Positions 22,075-31,053 of a DNA stretch of 64,000 nucleotides are shown piece by piece. The notes under the pieces are model-generated. The model worked only from the letters and a program-made list of their open reading frames with translations, was not told where the DNA came from and ran no database searches. Origin of the DNA: an uncultured Flavobacteriales bacterium (lineage in GTDB: Bacteria > Bacteroidota > Bacteroidia > Flavobacteriales > UBA7312); contig CAJWWC010000001.1 in NCBI GenBank assembly GCA_913048435.1, forward strand, positions 118,777-182,776. Direction: 5' to 3'. Position 1 is the stretch's first letter. Each line of letters starts with the position of its first letter. The position numbers were made by a program, and so were the translations under genes.

Positions 22075-22626
22075 TCATTTCCATTTCCAACTTTCAATAA
22101 GTCGATATATATCATGTTTTATGAAATTAATAATTGGAGTAATTGAATCGTTTTGAGCTGAATTAAAGTATAAAGCACCTCTAACAAAATGATTTAGACT
22201 ATCGGTTAAGTAAAACTGCATAGGCGTTGCTGTACTTCCTTGAAAAGTATAAACCGTTCCATACACCTTTAAAGAATCTTTAACAAATACTTGTTCGCTA
22301 ATAGCTTCTGCAATTTGGGCATGTTTGTAGGCAAGTAGTCTACTATCTTCTGTATATTTATTCAAATCACCCTTAAGTTGTTTATAGCTCATATGTACTT
22401 TACCATTAAAGTCTTTAAATTCTAAATCAAACCAACATTCATTTTTGTATTTAAAATTGACGTTACTATAATTGGGTTGCTGAAAACTATATGGACAATT
22501 ACTTTCAAATAATGTTGTGTTTTGCTCTGGCAAATCGACTCTAGAATACCCCCAAGGTTTAGGGGTGTAATCGTTGTTACAACCAATAAAGATTAAAGCA
22601 TAAAAAAGGTAAAGTTTATTGCTCAT
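22075..22626 (-). CDS. gldD: Gliding motility lipoprotein GldD
   Basis: Lipobox FIGC, YTPKP, CPYSF, QFYLTDS..HF.RGALYF. Confidence 0.92.
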   Translation of the reverse strand: MSNKLYLFYALIFIGCNNDYTPKPWGYSRVDLPEQNTTLFESNCPYSFQQPNYSNVNFKYKNECWFDLEFKDFNGKVHMSYKQLKGDLNKYTEDSRLLAYKHAQIAEAISEQVFVKDSLKVYGTVYTFQGSTATPMQFYLTDSLNHFVRGALYFNSAQNDSITPIINFIKHDIYRLIESWKWK

Positions 22627-23932
22627 TAATAGTAACTTTTATTCTTTTAACTCTTGTTTTATCTACCGATTCCACTGTAAAAGAATATTGCTCATAGTTC
22701 AATATCTCACCATTTTCAGGTATGTTACCTTTGATTTCAAGTATTAGTCCAGCTAGAGTGTCGGATTCTCCTTTAATAGAGTCAAAAAAGTCAATTTCCT
22801 CATCTAAAGTCTTTAGTACATCATTCAAAGATGTCTTGCCTTCAAAAATATAATTTGAGCTGTCTAGTTTAGAGAATTGTATACCATCATCATCAAATTC
22901 ATCGTTAATGTCCCCTACAATTTCTTCAATAATATCTTCAAGTGTAACTATCCCTGATGTACCTCCATATTCATCAACTACAATGGCGAGATGTATTTTT
23001 TTTTCTTGAAATTCTCGCATTAAATCATCAATCATTTTACCTTCGGGAACAAAAAACGGTGTTCTTATTAAATTACTCCATTCAAAATCTGTTTGATCCA
23101 GAAATGGTAATAAGTCTTTAATGTAAAGTATACCTATTACTGTGTCAAAATTCTCTCTAAATACAGGAATTCTTGAATAGCCACTTGAAATAACTAATTT
23201 CTTTACAACTTCAAATGGGGTGTTTTGCTCAAGAGCACTTACTTCGACTCTTGATTTCATAATTTCTTTTACCTGAATATTGCCAAATTCAACGATACTT
23301 CTAAGAATTTTTTTTTCTTCTTCTTTGGTGTCATTTTCTCCAGTCAAATCTAGTGCTGATGACAAGTCATCAACAGATATTTGATAGCCCTTGGCGTTAA
23401 AACGTTTCTCGATTACAGATGTTGATGAAACAAGAAGTTGACTAACTGGTTTAAATAGAGTGCTTAGCATGCTTAATGGACCACTCATTCTTTTAGCAAA
23501 TGTTAAAGTTTTTTGATTGGCATAAACTTTTGGTATGACTTCACCTAACAAAAGTAATGCGAATGTGACAACAACAACTTGAATAACAAAGCTTAAAATT
23601 GGATGCTGAGCATAATCCAATAAACTATCAGTCATGTAGGTAGATAGTATAATAATGGCTACATTGATAAAATTGTTTGATATCAATATTGTTGCTAAAA
23701 GATGATTGGGTTTCTGTAGTAGTTTTTTAATCTGCATGACACTTGTTTTGTCTTCTTCTACCTTCCATTTCGAGGCGTCTAATGAAAAATAAGCTACTTC
23801 AGAACCTGATATCATTGCAGAGCAAAACAACAAGGATAGCATTGCAATACTTGCCAATAACATGTTTAAGTCTATGCTATTAGCAGTTAAATTTTGTATT
23901 AAAAGTGTGAGTTGCTGATGGCCTTCGTCCAA
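22616..23932 (-). CDS. gldE: Gliding motility-associated CNNM/CBS/CorC protein GldE
   Basis: SGSEVA.FS, GEVIPK, YSRIPV, VVDEYGGTSG; immediately upstream of gldD. Confidence 0.92.
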   Translation of the reverse strand: MDEGHQQLTLLIQNLTANSIDLNMLLASIAMLSLLFCSAMISGSEVAYFSLDASKWKVEEDKTSVMQIKKLLQKPNHLLATILISNNFINVAIIILSTYMTDSLLDYAQHPILSFVIQVVVVTFALLLLGEVIPKVYANQKTLTFAKRMSGPLSMLSTLFKPVSQLLVSSTSVIEKRFNAKGYQISVDDLSSALDLTGENDTKEEEKKILRSIVEFGNIQVKEIMKSRVEVSALEQNTPFEVVKKLVISSGYSRIPVFRENFDTVIGILYIKDLLPFLDQTDFEWSNLIRTPFFVPEGKMIDDLMREFQEKKIHLAIVVDEYGGTSGIVTLEDIIEEIVGDINDEFDDDGIQFSKLDSSNYIFEGKTSLNDVLKTLDEEIDFFDSIKGESDTLAGLILEIKGNIPENGEILNYEQYSFTVESVDKTRVKRIKVTINEQ

Positions 23933-23953
23933 AATTAGGGTGTTTAGTTAGTC

Positions 23954-24379
23954 TTAAAACGGTAAATCATCATCAGCTGAATCTTGAATAGGTGGTGTTG
24001 AATTGGTAGTCGCTTCAGTTTCAGTGCCTTCAATGTTGTCTGATTTTTTACCTAACATCTCTAAACTGTCGCACATAACTTCGGTAGTGTATCGAGTAAC
24101 TCCATCTTTGTCTTCCCATGAACGTGTACGTAGTCGCCCTTCTATATAGACACTATTTCCTTTTTTAAGGTAAGGCTCTACCACTTTTGCGGCTAATCCA
24201 CCTCGAGTAACAACAGTATGCCATTCGGTTTGAGTGACTTTTTCGTTAGTGTCTTTTTTAGTGTATGTTTCGGAAGTTGCCAATGGGAATCTTGCCAAAG
24301 AGCCGCCATTTTCGAAGTGTCTTACTTCAGGGTCTTTACCCAAGTTTCCAACCAAAATTACCTTATTTACGCTGGCCAT
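23954..24379 (-). CDS. ssb: Single-stranded DNA-binding protein
   Basis: VNKVILVGNLGKDPE, EGRLRTRSW, DDDLPF tail. Confidence 0.97.
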   Translation of the reverse strand: MASVNKVILVGNLGKDPEVRHFENGGSLARFPLATSETYTKKDTNEKVTQTEWHTVVTRGGLAAKVVEPYLKKGNSVYIEGRLRTRSWEDKDGVTRYTTEVMCDSLEMLGKKSDNIEGTETEATTNSTPPIQDSADDDLPF

Positions 24380-24409
24380 TTATTTATATTTTTAAGTTTT
24401 GCTTAAAGT

Positions 24410-24417
24410 CAAATATA
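24410..24417 (-). promoter_or_regulatory. -7 promoter element TATATTTG for ssb-gldE-gldD
   Basis: TAnnTTTG match in the mutY-ssb gap. Confidence 0.6.
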
Positions 24418-24432
24418 GCCTAATTATTGTAG

Positions 24433-25473
24433 TTATAAAATTTTAGCTTGAATAAATTTTTCGATTAGTCTTGATACGGCAAACTTATCTATTGTTTCAA
24501 TTTTAATTTTTTGAAAGTTTGAAAAGGGAAGCATTTTTTGACACTTAATCTCCCAAAATCGAGCATTAATTTTCCTGTGACTCAAAATGTGCTTAAATTC
24601 ACTAATTGACTCTACACTAAAGTCAATATCCTTAACCCATAATTCAAATTGATTATAGTTTAAAATTTCTTCGGCATTCTTTAACTCTTTAGTAGTTATT
24701 AGTGGGAATTCATACATGTTTCGCCATATACCATCATCTGCTCGTTTATTGACTAAAGTGTATCCATTCATTTTGAAAAAGAAATATTCAAAAAAAACGG
24801 TTTTAACCTTGACTTTACTATTTTTAAAAGGTAAAAGATGAATGGTGTTATCAGCAAAAGCAATACATTGCTCTCTTAATGGACAACTATTACAATTGGG
24901 TTGCTTTGGTTTACACATTTGAGCGCCAAACTCCATAATTGCTTGATTGTGGGTGTCAGGTTCTTCTTTGACCAATAGTCTTTGAGCTATCTCAGAAAAT
25001 TCTTTTTTACCTTTGGAGGTGTCAATAGGGGTGTCAATTCCATAAAAGCGTGAAAGTAGTCTAAAAACATTACCATCTACTACAGCATAAGGCAATTTGA
25101 AAGCAAATGATGCAATTGCAGCTGCTGTATATTCTCCGACGCCTTTAAGCTTGATGATGTCCTTGTATTCATTTGGGAAGAGACCAGCATGGTGTATTTG
25201 TTTGGCAGCAAAATGTAGATTTCTTGCTCTAGAGTAATAACCCAACCCCTGCCATAATTTTAAAACTTGTTCTTCATTAGCATTTGCTAGTTTCGAAACG
25301 CTTGGAAATGCATTAATAAATTTTTGATAATACGGTAGTCCTTGTTTAACTTGAGTTTGTTGTAAAATAATTTCTGAAATCCATATCTTGTAAGGGTCTT
25401 TGGTATATCTCCACGGCAATTCCCTTTTGTGAAGGGAGTACCATTTAATAATTTCAGAAGAGAAAAAATCCAT
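24433..25473 (-). CDS. mutY: A/G-specific adenine glycosylase
   Basis: SEIILQQTQV, WQGLGYYSRA, HhH GVGEYTA, VDGNV, FeS cluster C-x6-C-x2-C-x5-C. Confidence 0.95.
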   Translation of the reverse strand: MDFFSSEIIKWYSLHKRELPWRYTKDPYKIWISEIILQQTQVKQGLPYYQKFINAFPSVSKLANANEEQVLKLWQGLGYYSRARNLHFAAKQIHHAGLFPNEYKDIIKLKGVGEYTAAAIASFAFKLPYAVVDGNVFRLLSRFYGIDTPIDTSKGKKEFSEIAQRLLVKEEPDTHNQAIMEFGAQMCKPKQPNCNSCPLREQCIAFADNTIHLLPFKNSKVKVKTVFFEYFFFKMNGYTLVNKRADDGIWRNMYEFPLITTKELKNAEEILNYNQFELWVKDIDFSVESISEFKHILSHRKINARFWEIKCQKMLPFSNFQKIKIETIDKFAVSRLIEKFIQAKIL

Positions 25474-25533
25474 AAAGTCGTAAAATCTAGTCAGTTATAA
25501 TTCTAAAACTTACTAGAATTAGAAAAAAGTAAG

Positions 25534-25541
25534 TATATTTG
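25534..25541 (+). promoter_or_regulatory. -7 promoter element TATATTTG for HU-bS22-rng
   Basis: TAnnTTTG match upstream of the HU gene. Confidence 0.65.
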
Positions 25542-25585
25542 CACGCTAAATTAAGGTATTTGTGTATCTTAAAAAAAAACAAATT

Positions 25586-25873
25586 ATGACAAAGCTAGAA
25601 ATCGTAAATTTAATATCTGATAGAATTGGTGTAGAAAGGGTTGATGTGCAAGCAGTTGTTGAAGCATTTATGTACGAAGTTAAGAATTCTTTATCTAGCG
25701 GAGAAGACGTATTCTTGAGAGGGTTTGGTTCGTTTATTGTCAAACAAAGAGCGCAGAAAACTGGAAGAAATATTTCAAAAAATACAACAATTGTTATTCC
25801 AGCTCACAACATTCCTGCATTTAAGCCTTCAAAAGAATTTATTAAAAAAGTTAAAACAAACGTTCAGTTATAA
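25586..25873 (+). CDS. HU/IHF family DNA-binding protein
   Basis: MTK.EIV, LRGFGSF, GRNISKN, PAFKPS. Start reassigned to ATG 25586. Confidence 0.93.
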   Translation: MTKLEIVNLISDRIGVERVDVQAVVEAFMYEVKNSLSSGEDVFLRGFGSFIVKQRAQKTGRNISKNTTIVIPAHNIPAFKPSKEFIKKVKTNVQL

Positions 25874-25909
25874 TAACAAAACGTTTTAGAATATTTAAAA
25901 TATAACGTT

Positions 25910-25999
25910 ATGCCAAACGGTAAAAAAAGAAAAAGACATAAGATGGCTACTCATAAACGTAAAAAACGTTTAAGAAAAAATAGACACAAGAAAAAATAG
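25910..25999 (+). CDS. Small basic ribosomal protein bS22-like (29 aa)
   Basis: Translated by hand: MPNGKKRKRHKMATHKRKKRLRKNRHKKK*. Resembles the bS22/mS38 (COX24/AURKAIP1-like) family; absent from the ORF track. Confidence 0.85.
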   Translation: MPNGKKRKRHKMATHKRKKRLRKNRHKKK

Positions 26000-26070
26000 T
26001 CCGATTAACTATTTTATTATCAATTTGAGTTCAATTATTAAACATATTTGTTCTCGCAGCCATTATTATT

Positions 26071-27618
26071 TTGAAATATGAATTGTTAGTAGACTCTAGG
26101 CCAAATGAGGTCATAATTGCTTTGTTGAAAGACAAAAAATTAATAGAGCTACACAAAGAACCTTTAGGAACAAAATTCTCCGTTGGTGATGTTTTCTTAG
26201 CAAAAGTTAAGAAAATCATTACCGGTTTAAATGCTACTTTCGTAGATGTAGGCTATGAAAGAGATGGTTTCCTGCATTATCTAGATTTAGGAGTTAAATA
26301 CAAAACTTTTCAAAAATTTACTCAAAGAAATCTAGGAGGAAAACTTAATACGGCTTCATTAAAAAACTTCAAACTAGAGGAAGAAATTGATAAATCAGGT
26401 ACAATCACAGATGTTCTCCAATCTGGTAATCAAATTCTTGTCCAAGTTGCAAAAGAACCAATTTCAACAAAAGGCCCAAGATTAACTGCTGATATAACCA
26501 TTGCGGGTAGATACATGGTTTTAGTTCCTTTCTCTAGTAAAGTTTCAGTTTCTCAAAAGATAGAATCAAACGAGGAGAAAAAGAGATTAAAAAAACTGGT
26601 TCAAAGCATTAAGCCACCAGGCTTTGGTGTTATTATAAGAACAGTTGCTGAAGGCAAAAAAGTGGCTGACTTAGATGCTGATATTAAGTATCTATACAAA
26701 AAATGGCAAACTTTATTTAAGCAAACTAAAAAAGGAACCCCTCCTTTTAAAGTTCTAGGAGAGCTTGGAAGAACAGCATCTTTACTTAGAGATGTGTTGA
26801 ATGATGATTTTGTTAGTATCCTTGCTAATGATGAAAAAATTCATGATGAAATAAAAGATTATATAACTACAATATCTCCAAGTCAAGCAAAAATTGTACG
26901 TATGTACACTGGCAAGATTCCACTTTTCCAAAAATACCAAATAGAAAGACAAATTAAGTCCTCCTTTGGAAAGTCAGTTACTATGCGTAAAAGTACTTAC
27001 TTAGTTGTTGAACATACGGAGGCTATGCACGTCATCGATGTCAATAGTGGAAAACGTGTCAATTCAAAACAAGACCAAGAAGCTAATGCTTTAGAGGTAA
27101 ACTTAATTGCTGCTGAAGAAGTTGCACGTCAGTTACGATTGCGTGATATGGGTGGGATCATTGTAGTTGACTTCATTGACATGTATAATGGTGAGAATAG
27201 GAAAAAGTTATTCGAAGCGTTAAAAGAATTTATGGCTGATGATAAGGCTAAGCACCATATTTTGCCACCATCACGTTTTGGACTTATCGAAATAACAAGA
27301 CAGCGTGTTCGACCAGAATTAAATATCGAAACCAAGGAAGGTTGTCCTACTTGTAAGGGAACGGGTAAAATAGAAGCAAGTATTTTATTAATTGACGAAA
27401 TTGAACAAAAATTAGCTAAGGCCACCAACAAGAGTAACGATATCATCTTAAAAACCCATCCATTTGTTGCAAGTTTTATTAATAAAGGTTGGTTCAAAAA
27501 TCAAAGAAGAACCTGGTCTAAAGAATTCGGATGTAAGCTGCAGGTAGAAGAAGATACCACTTATCATCTATTACAGTATCGCTTTTTTAACAAGGAGCGT
27601 AAAGTAATTACGACCTAA
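26071..27618 (+). CDS. Rne/Rng family ribonuclease
   Basis: S1 domain, VQVAKEPISTKGPRL, IDVNSG, RLRDMGGIIVVDFIDM, CPTCKG; TTG start. Confidence 0.94.
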   Translation: MKYELLVDSRPNEVIIALLKDKKLIELHKEPLGTKFSVGDVFLAKVKKIITGLNATFVDVGYERDGFLHYLDLGVKYKTFQKFTQRNLGGKLNTASLKNFKLEEEIDKSGTITDVLQSGNQILVQVAKEPISTKGPRLTADITIAGRYMVLVPFSSKVSVSQKIESNEEKKRLKKLVQSIKPPGFGVIIRTVAEGKKVADLDADIKYLYKKWQTLFKQTKKGTPPFKVLGELGRTASLLRDVLNDDFVSILANDEKIHDEIKDYITTISPSQAKIVRMYTGKIPLFQKYQIERQIKSSFGKSVTMRKSTYLVVEHTEAMHVIDVNSGKRVNSKQDQEANALEVNLIAAEEVARQLRLRDMGGIIVVDFIDMYNGENRKKLFEALKEFMADDKAKHHILPPSRFGLIEITRQRVRPELNIETKEGCPTCKGTGKIEASILLIDEIEQKLAKATNKSNDIILKTHPFVASFINKGWFKNQRRTWSKEFGCKLQVEEDTTYHLLQYRFFNKERKVITT

Positions 27619-28895
27619 GTATTAACACTTTTTAATTCACTTAATTTTTTGCGGTATTTTATCAGTGGAATTACTGCTATGCACAAAAATATAGCTCCTA
27701 ATAAATAGCCATACCTTACATTATCACCACAATTAATGTAAGGTAAGGATAGGCAAGTGATTAATCCTGTTCTGATTATAATACTAACTGAATTAAAGAC
27801 GCTACCTGTTCTTCCAATGATATCGTTAGATACCTTTTCAAAAAGGAATGTGATTCTTAAAATACGTGTGCCAGCATTACTCAGTCCAATTAAAAAACTA
27901 ACAGCGAAAAAAGCAGCTACACTATTTGTATAAGTTAGAAGCAGGCAACCTCCAATTGTTGATATAATCAAAATGATGATGTTTGTTACGATATTATTTT
28001 TACCCATAACTCTGCGTATTCCAAAACCTGCTAATAAAGCGCCTATAGAATAATATACTTCAGAAGATGCAAAGACATCTCCACCTTCTTTTAAATAGTT
28101 GCTTACATAAACAGGAACCAAAACAAACATTTCTACGATTAAAAAAGTGAAAATTGCATAAGAACAAACCCCAAAAATAAAAATCAGGGAATTCTCCTTT
28201 AGAAAAGAAAATCCTTTTATTAATCGATTGAACATGTTTCCTTGTTCAATATTCTTTTTTACTATGGGCTTATACTTAATAAATATGATAATTATGAAAG
28301 CCAAAACATAGGTAAGTGCATCCATTAAAAATATCTCGTGTATTTGCCAAGCCTGTATATCGAAAGGCATTTGAATCTTGAATCCTAATAAATTTAAGAT
28401 GCCATTTTGAGTGCCAGTCAATAATATAGCTGCAAAAGCACCAGCAAAAATACTAGTTGATTGCCCTTGTATTTCTATATACGCATTTAGTTTAGCATAA
28501 TTTTTTGGCTCTGTTATTTCTTGACCAAATGCATATAGGTTAGGATAGTGAACATTATAATGAAACATTGTCGTTCCAAATACTGCCATTACTAATATCC
28601 ATGGTGTATGGCCAAAACTCATTCCATACAAAGCGATACTTCCTATAATAAAAGCACAGGCTAAATTAGAATATAAGAACATTTTTTTTCTTGAATATCT
28701 GTCAATAAGAGTACCTGAGTATAAACCCCAAAATAGACTCATAAATGTTAAAATAGCATAAGCTTTAGCATATGTGGCTCCCATGTCGAGTATATCAGCA
28801 AAATACCAAGGAATAGCAATCATGCTAATGCCTTGAGCAAAGCCTGATATGATATTAGCTACAAATAATAAGCCTATTGCTTTTTTATTTTTCAT
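27615..28895 (-). CDS. MFS transporter
   Basis: About 12 TMs; motif A G.LIDRYSRK. Start ATG 28895 lies downstream of the promoter element. Confidence 0.85.
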   Translation of the reverse strand: MKNKKAIGLLFVANIISGFAQGISMIAIPWYFADILDMGATYAKAYAILTFMSLFWGLYSGTLIDRYSRKKMFLYSNLACAFIIGSIALYGMSFGHTPWILVMAVFGTTMFHYNVHYPNLYAFGQEITEPKNYAKLNAYIEIQGQSTSIFAGAFAAILLTGTQNGILNLLGFKIQMPFDIQAWQIHEIFLMDALTYVLAFIIIIFIKYKPIVKKNIEQGNMFNRLIKGFSFLKENSLIFIFGVCSYAIFTFLIVEMFVLVPVYVSNYLKEGGDVFASSEVYYSIGALLAGFGIRRVMGKNNIVTNIIILIISTIGGCLLLTYTNSVAAFFAVSFLIGLSNAGTRILRITFLFEKVSNDIIGRTGSVFNSVSIIIRTGLITCLSLPYINCGDNVRYGYLLGAIFLCIAVIPLIKYRKKLSELKSVNT

Positions 28896-28901
28896 TGGGT
28901 A

Positions 28902-28918
28902 CAAAAATACTACCTTTG
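28902..28918. promoter_or_regulatory. Back-to-back divergent -7 elements (TATTTTTG minus 28902-28909; TACCTTTG plus 28911-28918)
   Basis: Two exact TAnnTTTG matches in a 25-bp divergent gap. Confidence 0.7.
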
Positions 28919-28920
28919 AA

Positions 28921-29388
28921 ATGATGAACGATAAAATATACGACGTAAAAATTGTAAAAGAGAGAATAAGACATTATTGTGCAGTAATAGATCGTTGTCA
29001 ATATCAGGTAATCACAAAGCTTAAGTCCTATGGAGTAAGTGATACTTTAGCTAATGAAATTTTAATTGAATTGATACAGAACAAATACCTTGATGAAGAA
29101 CGCTTTGCACGTTCTTTTTGTAGCGGAAAATTCAAAATAAAACGCTGGGGACGAAAAAAGATAGCTTTCGAACTATCTAAACTGAAAGTACCCAAAAGCT
29201 GTATTTTACTTGGCATGTTGGAGATTGATGAAGCAGATTACAAGGATGTTATAAAGCATTTAGTTAATAAGAAAATGGTTTTATTAAAGGACAAAAACAC
29301 CTATGTAAGAAAGAAGAAAGTTGTTGATTATTTATTAAGAAAGGGTTACGAATCTGAGCTGGTTTGGTCTTACGTTCACAAACTTTAA
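28921..29388 (+). CDS. recX: Regulatory protein RecX
   Basis: YCA..DRC, YLDEERFARSF..GKF.IK.WG..KI, LLRKGYE. Start ATG at 28921 or 28924. Confidence 0.9.
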   Translation: MMNDKIYDVKIVKERIRHYCAVIDRCQYQVITKLKSYGVSDTLANEILIELIQNKYLDEERFARSFCSGKFKIKRWGRKKIAFELSKLKVPKSCILLGMLEIDEADYKDVIKHLVNKKMVLLKDKNTYVRKKKVVDYLLRKGYESELVWSYVHKL

Positions 29389-29393
29389 AACAC

Positions 29394-29401
29394 TAAATTT
29401 G
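29394..29401 (+). promoter_or_regulatory. -7 promoter element TAAATTTG for prfB
   Basis: TAnnTTTG match 5 nt before the prfB ATG. Confidence 0.65.
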
Positions 29402-29406
29402 CCTCA

Positions 29407-30495
29407 ATGGTTACATTAGAACAGATAGATGATCTTCAAAAAAGAATAGCTGACTTAGAAAGCTTTTTGTTCATAAAAGAAAAAAAAGAATTTGTAGCCG
29501 CTGAGGAGTTAAAAACACAAGCTGTTGATTTTTGGGATAATCCTAAATCTGCCGAAAATCACTTAAAAAACATTAATAAACAAAAGGTATGGGTTGTTGC
29601 TTTTCAAGAGGTGCAAAGTGCTTTTGACGACCTTTCTGTGCTTTTTGATTTCTTTCAAGAGGGAGAAGCAGATGAAGATGAGATAAATAAAAGTTTTGAC
29701 TCTACCTTAATTAAAGTTACTGACTTAGAGTTCAAAAATATGCTAAGTGGCGAAGAAGATAACCTTTCGGCAGTAATGACTATAAATCCGGGTGCCGGAG
29801 GAACAGAAAGTCAAGATTGGGCTGAAATGCTGATGCGAATGTATATCATGTGGGGAGAAAAAAATAAGTTTAAAGTCAAAGAGCTCGATTTTCAAGTTGG
29901 AGATGCAGCAGGAATAAAGTCGGTAACCTTACAATTTGATGGTGATTTCGCTTTTGGAAATTTAAAAGGAGAAAATGGAGTACACCGTTTAGTTCGTATT
30001 TCTCCTTTTGACTCAAATGCTAAACGACATACATCTTTCACTTCTGTCTTTGTCTATCCTTTGGTAGATGAATCTATAGAAATAGAGATTAACCCTGCTG
30101 ACATCAGTTGGGATACATTTCGATCTGGCGGTGCTGGTGGACAAGGAGTTAATAAAATCGAAACAGCAGTTCGATTAAAGCATGCACCTACTGGTATTAT
30201 AATTACTAATTCAGAAACACGGTCTCAACTTGAAAATAAAGAGAAAGCTATACAACTATTGAGGTCTCAATTATATGAAATAGAATTGCGTAAAAGACAA
30301 TCGGAAAGAGATAAAATTGAAGGTGGCAAGAAAAAAATAGAGTGGGGCTCTCAAATTAGAAATTATGTTTTGCATCCTTATAAAATGATTAAGGACTTAA
30401 GAACAGAACATGAAACGTCTAACACACAAGCTGTTCTTGATGGTGAAATTAATGATTTTATCAAAGCATATTTAATGGAATTTGGCCAAAAATAA
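29407..30495 (+). CDS. prfB: Peptide chain release factor 2 (single uninterrupted ORF)
   Basis: SPF tripeptide (RISPFD), [11 protein letters not shown]; no internal CTT-TGA-C frameshift site. Confidence 0.96.
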   Translation: MVTLEQIDDLQKRIADLESFLFIKEKKEFVAAEELKTQAVDFWDNPKSAENHLKNINKQKVWVVAFQEVQSAFDDLSVLFDFFQEGEADEDEINKSFDSTLIKVTDLEFKNMLSGEEDNLSAVMTINPGAGGTESQDWAEMLMRMYIMWGEKNKFKVKELDFQVGDAAGIKSVTLQFDGDFAFGNLKGENGVHRLVRISPFDSNAKRHTSFTSVFVYPLVDESIEIEINPADISWDTFRSGGAGGQGVNKIETAVRLKHAPTGIIITNSETRSQLENKEKAIQLLRSQLYEIELRKRQSERDKIEGGKKKIEWGSQIRNYVLHPYKMIKDLRTEHETSNTQAVLDGEINDFIKAYLMEFGQK

Positions 30496-30498
30496 ATT

Positions 30499-30843
30499 AT
30501 GGAAATAACAATTTATCATAATCCAAGATGTAGAAAAAGTAGAGAAGCTTTATCTTTTCTAAAAGAAAAGTCGTACCGGGTTAAGGTTGTAGAATATTTG
30601 AAAGACTTAATGTCAATTGAAGATCTAATGGCATTACTTAATGATTTAGATATTAGACCGATTGAGCTTGTTCGTAAACATGAAAGTATTTGGAAAGAGC
30701 AATTTAAAGAAAGAAATTTGAACGATACAGCAATTTTAGAAGCTATGGTTCAAAATCCTATACTAATCGAACGACCTATAGTAAAAAGTAAAAAAGGTGC
30801 AGTCGTAGCAAGACCTTTGGAAAGGGTACTAGAAGTTATTTAG
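30499..30843 (+). CDS. ArsC/Spx family (glutaredoxin-type arsenate reductase-like) protein
   Basis: IYHNPRCRKSR, ILIERPIV, ARP.E. Confidence 0.88.
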   Translation: MEITIYHNPRCRKSREALSFLKEKSYRVKVVEYLKDLMSIEDLMALLNDLDIRPIELVRKHESIWKEQFKERNLNDTAILEAMVQNPILIERPIVKSKKGAVVARPLERVLEVI

Positions 30844-30844
30844 G

Positions 30845-30991
30845 TTATTCAAGATCATCTACTAAGTCGCGATTTTTGTATGATTCGACAAACCAAGCCC
30901 CAATCCAATATGGTAAAAAACCAACAATAAAGGTTAGTAGCCAGAAAGCCATTCCAGCTATAATTAAAAATAGCACAAAACCTATAAACAT
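30845..30991 (-). CDS. Small membrane protein (48 aa), unknown function
   Basis: Translated by hand: MFIGFVLFLIIAGMAFWLLTFIVGFLPYWIGAWFVESYKNRDLVDDLE*. Fills the gap exactly and has its own TACTTTTG element at 31020-31027. Confidence 0.75.
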   Translation of the reverse strand: MFIGFVLFLIIAGMAFWLLTFIVGFLPYWIGAWFVESYKNRDLVDDLE

Positions 30992-31009
30992 ATCTTATTA
31001 TATTTGAAT

Positions 31010-31027
31010 TAACTTTGTACAAAAGTA
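31010..31027. promoter_or_regulatory. Face-to-face -7 elements (TAACTTTG plus for fumC; TACTTTTG minus for small ORF)
   Basis: Near-palindrome TAACTTTG-TA-CAAAAGTA. Confidence 0.65.
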
Positions 31028-31053
31028 AGTGTTAATATTCTAATATAAAAATC

